In this document: positions 28,400 to 38,529 of the stretch, one piece after another
How positions within the stretch are numbered: position 1 is the stretch's first letter
Layout: every line of letters starts with the position of its first letter
Source: an uncultured Campylobacterales bacterium
GTDB lineage: Bacteria > Campylobacterota > Campylobacteria > Campylobacterales > Sulfurimonadaceae
Assembly (NCBI GenBank): GCA_964650175.1
Contig: CAZYTC010000007.1
Coordinates: 484-64,483 of the forward strand
DNA length: 64,000 bases
Direction: 5' to 3'
The notes under the pieces: generated by a model
Databases searched by the model: none
What the model was told of the DNA's origin: nothing
The model's input: only the letters and a program-made list of their open reading frames with translations
Made by a program: the position numbers and the translations under genes

Positions 28400-29739
28400 G
28401 TGATACAATAGTAGCTATCGCCACAGCAAATGGCGTAGGCTCTATCTCCATAGTGCGACTTAGTGGCTCTGATGCTCTAGCTATTGCACAAAAAATTATC
28501 AAAAAAGATAGCCTCAGCGTGCGATACGCACATCTTTGCTCTTTATATAGCAGTGACAGTAACCTCATAGATAAATCGATAGTTATATATTTCAAAGCCC
28601 CATATAGTTTTAGTGGTGAGGATATAGTTGAGTTTCAATGTCATGGCGGACATATTGTAGCTCAGCAGGTTTTAGAGGCAACACTATATTTTGGTGCCAG
28701 ACTCGCTAGAGCAGGTGAGTTTAGCCAAAGAGCATTTTTAAATAACAAGATGGATTTAACCGAAATCGAGGCGATGGCAGCACTCATAGAGGCTAAAAGT
28801 GCCGATGCTGCCTCTGTTTTAGCAAAACAGCTTAGGGGTGATCTGAGGCATTATATAGAGAGTATTAGAGATGAGCTGATAACTATAATCGCTCATTGTG
28901 AGGTTCTTATCGATTATGCCGAGGAGGATTTACCACCAGAGCTGTATGATTCTATTATCGCTAAATTAAATGAGTTGGCTAAAAAGCTAGAGAGTACACT
29001 AGAATCTAGCAAACGCCGTAGTGCAATGTTGCAGGGCTTTCGTGTCGCTATTGTGGGTAAACCAAATGTGGGTAAAAGCTCACTGCTTAATGCACTGCTA
29101 GATTATGAAAGAGCGATAGTGAGCGATATTGCAGGCACAACTCGTGATACTATAGAAGAGCAGGTGCGAATTGGTACACATATTATACGGCTTGTTGATA
29201 CCGCAGGTATTAGAGAATCTAGCGATATAATAGAGCGTATAGGGATAGAGAGATCTATCGAATCGATAGATAGTAGTGATATTGTTGTAGCACTATTTGA
29301 TGGGAGCCGTGAGATAGATAGTGAAGATAGTGCGATTATAGAGCTTTTAAAAAATAGCACAAAAGATAAGAGCGTTTTGGTATTTATAAATAAAAGCGAT
29401 TTAGAGCTAAAGATTGATATATCACAAATCGCAGAGTTTAATCCTATAAAAATCAGCACAAAGAGCTCTATCGATGTAGTGAGTCATGCACTAGAGGCTA
29501 TTATGGATGTAGAGAATGATTCTGATGAGATGATGCTAATCTCTCTGCGTCAAATAGAGTCCACGAAAGCGGCACTGCTCAATATAAAAGAGTCACTAAT
29601 ACCGCTAGAAGATGGCGAGCTAGAGCTATTTACATACCATATAAATGAGGCACTAAAATCTATCAGCTCTATCTCTAGAGTATACGAGATAGATGAGATG
29701 TTTGATAAGATGTTTGGGGATTTTTGTCTAGGCAAATGA
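28396..29739 (+). CDS. mnmE: tRNA modification GTPase MnmE
   Basis: 447 aa. IVAIATA..GSISIVRLSG at the N-terminus, G domain GKPNVGKSSLLN/DTAG/NKSD, and a C-terminal FCLGK. Confidence 0.97.
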   Translation: MSDTIVAIATANGVGSISIVRLSGSDALAIAQKIIKKDSLSVRYAHLCSLYSSDSNLIDKSIVIYFKAPYSFSGEDIVEFQCHGGHIVAQQVLEATLYFGARLARAGEFSQRAFLNNKMDLTEIEAMAALIEAKSADAASVLAKQLRGDLRHYIESIRDELITIIAHCEVLIDYAEEDLPPELYDSIIAKLNELAKKLESTLESSKRRSAMLQGFRVAIVGKPNVGKSSLLNALLDYERAIVSDIAGTTRDTIEEQVRIGTHIIRLVDTAGIRESSDIIERIGIERSIESIDSSDIVVALFDGSREIDSEDSAIIELLKNSTKDKSVLVFINKSDLELKIDISQIAEFNPIKISTKSSIDVVSHALEAIMDVENDSDEMMLISLRQIESTKAALLNIKESLIPLEDGELELFTYHINEALKSISSISRVYEIDEMFDKMFGDFCLGK

Positions 29740-30125
29740 TATATATAGGTGTAGATTTAGGGCTAAAGAGGATAGGTTTAGCGATGAGCGATGGTGGCGT
29801 AGTTGTGCCACTTCCTGCGATAGAGCGAAAAAACCGTAACCAAGCCGCAAATGAGCTAAAAGCGGTGTTAGCTGAGTATGGTGCAGATATTTTAGTGATG
29901 GGTATCCCTATGGGTAGCGATAGTGAGGATGAGATGAGACGAAGAGTGGCTCATTTTCTCTCTTTAGTAGAGTTTAGTGGCGAGATAGCATATCAAGATG
30001 AGTCATTTAGCTCACAAGAAGCCGAGGAGCTGATGAGAGGTGAGATAAAATATATCCGAGATGGGCGGATAGATTCACTCTCAGCAAAGATTATATTACA
30101 GAGGTATCTCTCTAGAGTAGATTAA
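29736..30125 (+). CDS. ruvX: Holliday-junction resolvase-like protein YqgF/RuvX
   Basis: MIYIGVDLGLKRIGLA... The ATG at 29736 overlaps the mnmE stop (ATGA) and is preferred over the TTG at 29724. Confidence 0.88.
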   Translation: MIYIGVDLGLKRIGLAMSDGGVVVPLPAIERKNRNQAANELKAVLAEYGADILVMGIPMGSDSEDEMRRRVAHFLSLVEFSGEIAYQDESFSSQEAEELMRGEIKYIRDGRIDSLSAKIILQRYLSRVD

Positions 30126-30747
30126 AAAACTCTGCAGCTTCGCTCTCATCATCACTAAGTGTGCTGTAGTCGCTATCATTTTTAAGCAGATGTGATATTT
30201 TTTGTTTGCAATAGCTGTTTGCAATCTCTAGAGCTTGATTTTTATCACTAATAAACCCCAGTCCGCTAAATTGATATGGCTCAGCCTGCTCAATACATAA
30301 AATCACCCCATCAGCGTGCTCTTCTAGCATATCAACTATCTCTCTATATGTGATATTAAACTCTGTTGCATGCCATCCGATTTGCTCTAGCTCTTTTATG
30401 GCAAATCTATCGATACCATCGGCAGATGTATCATCATATGTGGCATTTAATCTATTAATATTTATAATATTTTGCCAAAGCCCAAACGCTTTTATGAGAA
30501 CCCTGTTTTCATCTTCTACGATTTTATATGAGCTATCTAGCATCGATGCAATAGTGGGTGGTGTGACGCTTAGCATAGATGGTTTGTTTGCTTTGCCTTT
30601 GAAAATCGCTATCAAATCATCACTAAATGGCTCAAATTTTATAGCACCTGAAATATCGATAGCAAACTCAGTGTTTGTATTTATCGCATTTAATAGCTCA
30701 TTTTTATCCACAACTATAATCTCATTAAATAGATTAAATTTTCTCAT
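30112..30747 (-). CDS. Hypothetical protein (orphan)
   Basis: 211-aa ORF with an acidic C-terminus. It overlaps the ruvX 3' end by 14 nt. No recognised motif. Confidence 0.5.
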   Translation of the reverse strand: MRKFNLFNEIIVVDKNELLNAINTNTEFAIDISGAIKFEPFSDDLIAIFKGKANKPSMLSVTPPTIASMLDSSYKIVEDENRVLIKAFGLWQNIININRLNATYDDTSADGIDRFAIKELEQIGWHATEFNITYREIVDMLEEHADGVILCIEQAEPYQFSGLGFISDKNQALEIANSYCKQKISHLLKNDSDYSTLSDDESEAAEFFNLL

Positions 30748-30896
30748 TTAGTACTCTTTTGTAATTTTAATGGGTATTTTATCTATAAAAAGTAGATATT
30801 ATATAAAAGTAATTTTTAGAGCCCACCACTAAGTTTTTCCTAATAAATTTTTATGCTTATATTTGGTATAATCACGCAAAATTTTAGCGTTTTTAG

Positions 30897-31937
<1,041 letters not shown>

Positions 31938-31942
31938 CACTT

Positions 31943-31960
31943 TGAGGGCATTAGCCCTCA
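31943..31960 (+). terminator. Hairpin after ilvC (weak intrinsic-terminator candidate)
   Basis: TGAGGGC-ATTA-GCCCTCA forms a 7-bp stem. No clear T-tract follows. Confidence 0.3.
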
Positions 31961-31969
31961 TCCACATCT

Positions 31970-32905
31970 ATGGCAAAAAGAAAACCAAAAAAATCTTCAC
32001 TATTAGCATATCTAGCTATTTTTATCGGCACTATTTTTATTATAGCTATATCTATGATGATAGGTTATACCTATGGTAAAAATGAGTCAAAAAGCGTCAT
32101 AGAGAGCGAACAACTAAATACCAAAGAGCTAGTAGAGAAGCTCCGCTCTATCGTATCATCTGCTGATTATTCGCTCTATGAGATAGAGGGTGCAAAGCAT
32201 GAATATGATACGACACAAACACCTCCAAAACCACATCTGCGAGAAGAGCCACAAGAGATAAAAGATGCAAAGCTAGTCATAATTATAGATGATGTGGCAA
32301 CTGCCAAAGATATAGAGATGATAAAATCTACAAAACTGCCTCTGGTTATGTCATTTTTGCCCCCAAATGTTATTCATCCAGACTCTGCTTTACTAGCTAG
32401 CAATATAGATAATTATATGGTTCATCTGCCATTAGAGGCACAAAATTATGATTCACCAGAGCCTATAACACTACTAGCTGGTGCTAGTTATGATGAGATA
32501 GATGCACAGATTGCTAGCGTAAAATCACTATTTCCAAAAGTAAAATATATAAATAATCACACAGGCTCGAAATTTACAGATGATAGAGAGTCTATGAGCA
32601 AGCTACTGCAAGTGCTAAATGCCCATAATATCAAGTTTGTAGATAGTAGAACAATAGGCAGTAGCAAGGTTGCAGAAGCTAGCAAAGAGCTAGGTGTGAG
32701 ATATTTAGGGCGAGATATATTTTTAGACCATGAAAGTGGCGTAGAGTATGCAAAATCTCAGATAATAGAGGCTATAAAAGTTGCCAAAAAACATGGATAC
32801 GCTATCGCCATAGGGCATCCAAAACGAGATACTATCAGAGCCCTCATAGAATCAAAAGAGCTTTTAGAGAGCAGTGTCAAGATAGTGGGTATTGAGCAGA
32901 TATAG
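31970..32905 (+). CDS. Divergent polysaccharide deacetylase family protein (YibQ-like)
   Basis: 311 aa. N-terminal TM, LVIIIDDV..., NNHTGS..., AIGHPKRDT. Sits in the position of the Cj0633-type gene between ilvC and dprA. Confidence 0.8.
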   Translation: MAKRKPKKSSLLAYLAIFIGTIFIIAISMMIGYTYGKNESKSVIESEQLNTKELVEKLRSIVSSADYSLYEIEGAKHEYDTTQTPPKPHLREEPQEIKDAKLVIIIDDVATAKDIEMIKSTKLPLVMSFLPPNVIHPDSALLASNIDNYMVHLPLEAQNYDSPEPITLLAGASYDEIDAQIASVKSLFPKVKYINNHTGSKFTDDRESMSKLLQVLNAHNIKFVDSRTIGSSKVAEASKELGVRYLGRDIFLDHESGVEYAKSQIIEAIKVAKKHGYAIAIGHPKRDTIRALIESKELLESSVKIVGIEQI

Positions 32906-32914
32906 TCTTATCTC

Positions 32915-32941
32915 AAAATATGTCAATTTGTCATATTTTTT
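32915..32941 (+). repeat. 25-nt motif copy, left flank of rhuM copy 2
   Basis: AAAATATGTCAATTTGTCATATTTTTT is a direct repeat of 33880-33905. Confidence 0.85.
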
Positions 32942-32993
32942 ACCTTTTATAAACTTTTATGCTACTATTTATAAAACATTTTAGAGAATAGTT

Positions 32994-33867
32994 ATGGAAA
33001 ATCAAAATCTAGTAGTTTATAATGATGGAGAGTTAGAGCTCAGAGTCTCTGTGAGTAATGAGAATATTTGGCTAACACAAAAACAGATGTCAGAGTTATT
33101 TGACACAAGTACAGATAATATCGGACTACACTTAAAAAAATATTTATCTTGAAAAAGAGTTAAATGAATCTGCAACTACCGAGGAATTCTCGGTAGTTCG
33201 ATTAGAGGGCAAAAGATCTGTAAAGAGGACACTTATCCACTACAATTTAGATGCAATCATATGCGTGGGCTATAGGGTTAGTTCAGTCAGGGCTACGAAA
33301 TTTCGTCAGTGGGCAACAGCCATATTAAAGTCATATATACAAAACAGCTATGTAATCAATAGTGATAAAATCACAAATGAGAGGTTTGTAACTTTAGAAA
33401 ATAGTGTAAATATTTTAAAAACTCAGGTGGATAAATTTAATTCGTTTTTAAAAGATAATTCTCTAGAATTTAACCAAGGTATCTTTTATGATTCTCAAAT
33501 CTATGACGCCTATAATTTTATAAATGACTTGCTAAAGAGTTCTAAAGCAGAAGTAATTTTAATAGATAGCTATATAGATGACTTTATTTTCACACTATTT
33601 TCTAAATATCCAAATCTAAGTTTTATTATATATACAAACAGTATCAATAAACAGTTAAAGCTAGATTATGAAAAATACTCTAAACAATACTCAAATATAG
33701 AACTAAAAACCTTTAAAAACTCTCACGATAGATTTTTGATAATCGATAAAAAAGAGATTTATCATATAGGGGCGAGCCTGAAAGATTTAGGTAAAAAGTG
33801 GTTTGCATTTGGCAAGTTAGAGTTAGATGTAAAAGAGATGATAGGTAAGCTAACACAGCAGAGATGA
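32994..33867 (+). pseudogene. RhuM-family gene interrupted by a +1 frameshift in an A7 tract
   Basis: MENQNLVVYNDGELELRVSV...HLKK stops at 33150-33152. Removing one A from the run at 33134-33140 restores HLKNIYLEKELNE...GYRVSSVRATKFRQWAT... through to 33867. Confidence 0.85.
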
Positions 33868-33879
33868 GCCCTATGCTAT

Positions 33880-33905
33880 AAAATATGTCAATTTGTCATA
33901 TTTTT
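33880..33905 (+). repeat. 25-nt motif copy, right flank of rhuM copy 2 and 44 nt upstream of dprA
   Basis: AAAATATGTCAATTTGTCATATTTTT. Confidence 0.85.
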
Positions 33906-33948
33906 CACTATTTTATCGAATTTAAGTTATTATTGTTAAAAAAGATAG

Positions 33949-34704
33949 ATGATGGACTTTTTACAAGAGTTATATAATATAGATAAAAATATCAAATACT
34001 TAGGTAATCTAGAGCTACTATCTCGCAAGCGAGTGGCAATAGTGGGTAGCAGAAAGCCGACCCAATACGCTAGTCACTATACATATAGTATTGCAAAAGA
34101 GCTAGCACGAGTAGGGGTTTGTGTGGTGAGTGGTGGAGCGATGGGGGTCGATGCGATAGCTCATAGTGGAGCGGGGGCGGCAAATACCATAGCTGTTATG
34201 CCATGCGGGATTGATTTAAGGTATCCTGCGATAAATAGAGCACTATTAGATGAGATAGCTGCTAATGGGCTGATGATTAGCCAATTTGAAGATGGATTTA
34301 AAGCGACAAATTGGAGCTTTGTGGTGCGAAATAGAGTTGTGATAGCACTGAGTGATGTCGTGATAATCACTCAAGCAGATCTAAAAAGTGGCAGTATGGT
34401 AAGTGCCGAGATAGCTAAAGAGTTAGGCAAAGAGATTTTCGTACTGCCACACATAATAGGCGAGAGCGAGGGAACAAACTCGCTTCTTGAGAGTGGCGAG
34501 GCAAAAGGGATATATAATATACCATCTTTCATAGAGCGTTTTGGCGTAGCACCAAGCGGGGTAGATAGTAGTGATGAGTTTTTGCTATTTTGTGCCACTA
34601 GACCTAGCTATGAAGATGTTTTTGCTAGGTTTAGCGATAGGCTATTTGAGGCGGAGCTAAGCGGTATAATCGAGATAAAAGATGGTAGAGTCTCTCTGGT
34701 TTAG
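33949..34704 (+). CDS. dprA: DNA processing protein DprA (Smf)
   Basis: 251 aa with VAIVGSRKPT.Y......LA..GV.VVSGGAMGVDAIAH. Confidence 0.9.
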   Translation: MMDFLQELYNIDKNIKYLGNLELLSRKRVAIVGSRKPTQYASHYTYSIAKELARVGVCVVSGGAMGVDAIAHSGAGAANTIAVMPCGIDLRYPAINRALLDEIAANGLMISQFEDGFKATNWSFVVRNRVVIALSDVVIITQADLKSGSMVSAEIAKELGKEIFVLPHIIGESEGTNSLLESGEAKGIYNIPSFIERFGVAPSGVDSSDEFLLFCATRPSYEDVFARFSDRLFEAELSGIIEIKDGRVSLV

Positions 34705-34705
34705 G

Positions 34706-35725
34706 TTAGATAATCATCATCGCATCGCCATATGAGTAGAATCTGTATTTATGCTCTATCGCTGTGGCATATATGCGGTGCATCTCATCTACTCCGACAA
34801 ATGATGAAACTAGCATCAGCAGTGTAGATTTAGGTAGATGAAAATTTGTCAGCAGATAGTCAGTTCGTATGGGCTGATTATTAGGATGCAGAAATATATC
34901 AGCCTCTCCGCTAGCGTTTTGAGTTCGCTTGTAGTGCTCTATAGTTCTAGTGGCTGTGGTGCCTATGGCTAAAATTTTTGTATCACTATCTAGTAGATTT
35001 TTTGTAGCATTGTCGATATTGTAATACTCTCTATGCATCGGATGATCTAATATATCATCTACATCTACAGGCTTAAAGGTCCCAGAGCCCACATGTAGGG
35101 TCAAAAATCGATAATCAAATCGATTTTTTAGAGCTTCAAACAGCTCATCGCTAAAATGTAGCGACGCAGTAGGTGCTGCGACTGCTCCGCTGTGATTTGC
35201 AAATACGCTTTGATACTCTATCTCATCGCTAGCATCATCTGCCCTATCGATATATGGAGGTAGTGGAATATGACCAATTTCATCTAATATTATAATCAAA
35301 TCCTCACATCTAAGAGGTTTGTTATCTAGATAAAAATGTACAATTCTTGAGCCATCACTATGTAGCTCTATCACTTTTGCTGATAGGTTTTTATCAAATA
35401 TGAGCAAGCTATCAGGTTTGACCTTGCCTCTGATGTAGACATTTATATCATATGAGTTTAGGGCTCTATTTATCAGTAGCTCTATAGAGCCACCACTAGA
35501 TTTATGCCCATAGATGCGGGCTTTTATAACCTTTGTATCATTTAATACCACAGTAGTATCACTAGGGATAAAATCTAGTATCTCATAGAAATATCGATGT
35601 GATATGGATTTTGTAGCTCTATTATAGATGAGTAGTTTTGCACTATCTCTAGGGCTAGCAGGGTGTGATGCTATGAGCTCTGGTGGTAGCTCATAGTCAT
35701 AACTAGCTGTTTTGAGGGGATTCAT
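34706..35725 (-). CDS. queA: S-adenosylmethionine:tRNA ribosyltransferase-isomerase
   Basis: 339 aa with YDYELPPELIASHP... and ...LPPYI... Confidence 0.96.
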   Translation of the reverse strand: MNPLKTASYDYELPPELIASHPASPRDSAKLLIYNRATKSISHRYFYEILDFIPSDTTVVLNDTKVIKARIYGHKSSGGSIELLINRALNSYDINVYIRGKVKPDSLLIFDKNLSAKVIELHSDGSRIVHFYLDNKPLRCEDLIIILDEIGHIPLPPYIDRADDASDEIEYQSVFANHSGAVAAPTASLHFSDELFEALKNRFDYRFLTLHVGSGTFKPVDVDDILDHPMHREYYNIDNATKNLLDSDTKILAIGTTATRTIEHYKRTQNASGEADIFLHPNNQPIRTDYLLTNFHLPKSTLLMLVSSFVGVDEMHRIYATAIEHKYRFYSYGDAMMII

Positions 35726-36494
35726 CTAGGTCTTCTTCCTCATCATCCGCTTCTATAGGAGGGGCTGGATTTACCGCTCTAACGATGAGTATCGATACGC
35801 CATATAGTAGTGTTAGAGGTATCGCCATCAATGTCTGTGTTAAAACATCTGGTGGAGTTAAAATAGCTGAGAGCATAAAAATTAAAACTATCGCATATCT
35901 AAAAAATCCTGCCATTTGACGATCATTGACAAGCCCTAAGAGTGCCAGAAAATATGAAACCACTGGAAGCTCAAAGGCTATTCCAAATCCCATCATAATT
36001 TTGGCTATAAAATCTACATAATCTTCTATATTTATGAGTGGCACAAACTCAAATGCACCAAACTCTATCATAAAATTAAAACCAAAAGGTGTTACTATGT
36101 AGTATGCAAAGAGTGCTCCGATGAGAAACATAGATGTCCCACCAAATATAAATGGATAGAGCATTTTTTTCTCATTATCATATAGCCCAGGGGCGATAAA
36201 TAGCCAGATTTGAGCTAGCACTACAGGTAGTGCTGCTAGTAGTGCTGCATAAAATGCAACCTTTAGTGCTACAAAAAATGTTCCACCTACTTGGGTTGTG
36301 GTTACCATCCCTTTTGCGGCATTTGGTGCTACTTTTGCCACTTCATCAAGTGCTGCATTTAGCGGAGCTGTAAGCCACTGCATAATAGGCTCATGAAATG
36401 CAAACATCACAAAAAATAGAACTATTACAGTCCCTACGCTGATACCTAGGCGTTTACGAAGCTCTACTAGATGGGGTCTTAAATCTTCAAACAT
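35703..36494 (-). CDS. tatC: Twin-arginine translocase subunit TatC
   Basis: 263 aa with six TM segments. HLVELRKRL at the N-terminus and ...TPPDV... Confidence 0.95.
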   Translation of the reverse strand: MFEDLRPHLVELRKRLGISVGTVIVLFFVMFAFHEPIMQWLTAPLNAALDEVAKVAPNAAKGMVTTTQVGGTFFVALKVAFYAALLAALPVVLAQIWLFIAPGLYDNEKKMLYPFIFGGTSMFLIGALFAYYIVTPFGFNFMIEFGAFEFVPLINIEDYVDFIAKIMMGFGIAFELPVVSYFLALLGLVNDRQMAGFFRYAIVLIFMLSAILTPPDVLTQTLMAIPLTLLYGVSILIVRAVNPAPPIEADDEEEDLDESPQNS

Positions 36495-36886
36495 TATACA
36501 TTCTCGCTATTTTCTTTTTTATTTTTAGGTGTAAATGTTATAACTTCTGGCTCTTTTGGTGCGGGTGGGGCTGATGGCTCCTCTATAGTTTCGATGATAT
36601 CATCTTTTATGTGGGTTATCTCTTTGCCTATCTCTTGGACATTGCTCATTCGCTCTAGCTCTGCACTAGCACTTTGGAGCTCTTTTTTATAGCTATCGAC
36701 GCTATCTTTTAGCTCATCTAACTTCATCTCTTGAGCTAGTGTATCTTTTGCACTATTTACGGTGCCTTTTACCTGTCTAAAAAACTTTGCCACATCGACC
36801 ATTGCAGTTGGGAGCTTGTCTGGTCCTAAAAATAGTACCGCCAAAATCGCAATGATTAAAATCTCCCCTAAACCCATTCCAAACAT
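36494..36886 (-). CDS. tatB: Twin-arginine translocase subunit TatB
   Basis: 130 aa. MFGMGLGEILIIAILAVLFLGPDKLP followed by an amphipathic helix. Confidence 0.85.
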   Translation of the reverse strand: MFGMGLGEILIIAILAVLFLGPDKLPTAMVDVAKFFRQVKGTVNSAKDTLAQEMKLDELKDSVDSYKKELQSASAELERMSNVQEIGKEITHIKDDIIETIEEPSAPPAPKEPEVITFTPKNKKENSENV

Positions 36887-36936
36887 ATAAAAAATCCAAA
36901 TATTAAATTAAAGAGTTTAATTCTACCAAAAAAATC

Positions 36937-37998
36937 TTAATACCCTTCTATATATAGAGCAATTTCATCTGATAGTAGATAGTTGTTGTTGTAAAATCTG
37001 CCGTTTTTATACTCTAGTATACCGCTATTAGCTAGCTCTTTTGCTCTTTTTAAAAACTTTCTATCTAAAATCATCTCATCTATGCCGACGCAGCTGCGAA
37101 GTGCTAGAAAAATCTGCTCGCTTATCATATCATCAGGAGCTAACTCTTCTGTGCTGATTTGAAGTGGGTTTTTTATGTAATCTTCTATCACAGTAGATGG
37201 ATAAAGACGACAATTGTCTAAAAATCCAACCGCACCGCTGCCGATACCGATATAATCTTTGTATCTCCAATACCCTAGATTGTGAAATGAGCGATATTTG
37301 CCAAAATTTGATATCTCATATTGCTCTAACCCAAAACTCTCTACATAATCAAAAAGCCATTTTGTAAGCTCTAAATCCTCACTGCTCATAGATGGTTTAT
37401 GTTCAAAATCGGTGTGTGGTTCGATGGAGAGGGCATATAGGCTTAGGTGCTCTAGTTTTAGCTCCATCGCTATATCGATATCATTTTTTAGTAGCTCCTG
37501 ATTGTCGCCATTGACGCCATATATAAAATCACAACTGATATTTTTAAAATCTAATTTTTGGGCATTTTTGATACACTCTATAGCGTGAGTGGTGTTGTGA
37601 GCTCTGCCTAGATGGCGTAGTTTATCGCTATTAAAGCTCTGTATTCCAAAGCTGATGCGATTTACGCCAAGAGCTCTCATCCCCTCTAGCCACTCATAGG
37701 TGGCACTATTTGGGTTTGCTTCGCTAGTTATCTCTATATCATCAGCTAAAAATGGCTCTAGTGAGCTAAAAATATCTCTATATAGTGATGGCTCAATCGT
37801 CGATGGAGTGCCACCACCTATGAAGATGGACTCTATTTTATTTTCGCTTGATACGCTAAATCTCTCTAGCTCATAGAGTAGCTGAGCGTGTAGTGCGTCC
37901 ATATAGTTTTTACGGTGTGAGAATTTATCGACATAGCTATTAAATGCACAATATGAGCATTTGCTATCACAAAATGGGATATGAATATATAAAAGCAT
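36937..37998 (-). CDS. hemW: Radical SAM haem chaperone HemW (HemN-like)
   Basis: 353 aa with LYIHIPFCDSKCSYCAF (a CxxxCxxC cluster). Confidence 0.88.
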   Translation of the reverse strand: MLLYIHIPFCDSKCSYCAFNSYVDKFSHRKNYMDALHAQLLYELERFSVSSENKIESIFIGGGTPSTIEPSLYRDIFSSLEPFLADDIEITSEANPNSATYEWLEGMRALGVNRISFGIQSFNSDKLRHLGRAHNTTHAIECIKNAQKLDFKNISCDFIYGVNGDNQELLKNDIDIAMELKLEHLSLYALSIEPHTDFEHKPSMSSEDLELTKWLFDYVESFGLEQYEISNFGKYRSFHNLGYWRYKDYIGIGSGAVGFLDNCRLYPSTVIEDYIKNPLQISTEELAPDDMISEQIFLALRSCVGIDEMILDRKFLKRAKELANSGILEYKNGRFYNNNYLLSDEIALYIEGY

Positions 37999-38067
37999 TT
38001 TGGATTATACTATTTTTAATTGCAATTATTCTAAAATATCGTTTTTAAATCACAAACAAGTAGATGG

Positions 38068-38529
38068 ATGCAATTATATAGACCAAATGTAGCAGCGATT
38101 GTACTATCGAGCTCTTATCCAGAAAAAAAACAGCTTTTTGTAGCTGAGCGAAGCGATATGGAGGGGATTTGGCAGTTTCCACAAGGCGGAATTGATGGCA
38201 CAGAAACGCCACAAGAAGCACTCTATCGTGAGCTAAAAGAGGAGATTGGAACTAAAAAAGTAGAGCTAATAGCAGAGTATCCAGAGTGGATAAGCTATGA
38301 GTTTCCAGAGCACGCCAAAGAGAAGATGGCTCCATTTTTAGGGCAGATGCAGAGATACTTTTTGGTTAGATTGATAGATGATAGCAAGATTAAAATAGAT
38401 ACCAAAGACGCAGAGTTTAAAGATTTTAAATTTGTAGATTTAGAGGTGCTGTTTGATATGATTTCACACTTTAAAAAGCCTGTTTATGAGCAGGTTATAG
38501 GACATTTTAAAAATGAGGGGTATTTGTAG
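38068..38529 (+). CDS. rppH: RNA pyrophosphohydrolase (Nudix)
   Basis: 153 aa with the Nudix box GGIDGTETPQEALYRELKEEIG. Confidence 0.88.
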   Translation: MQLYRPNVAAIVLSSSYPEKKQLFVAERSDMEGIWQFPQGGIDGTETPQEALYRELKEEIGTKKVELIAEYPEWISYEFPEHAKEKMAPFLGQMQRYFLVRLIDDSKIKIDTKDAEFKDFKFVDLEVLFDMISHFKKPVYEQVIGHFKNEGYL

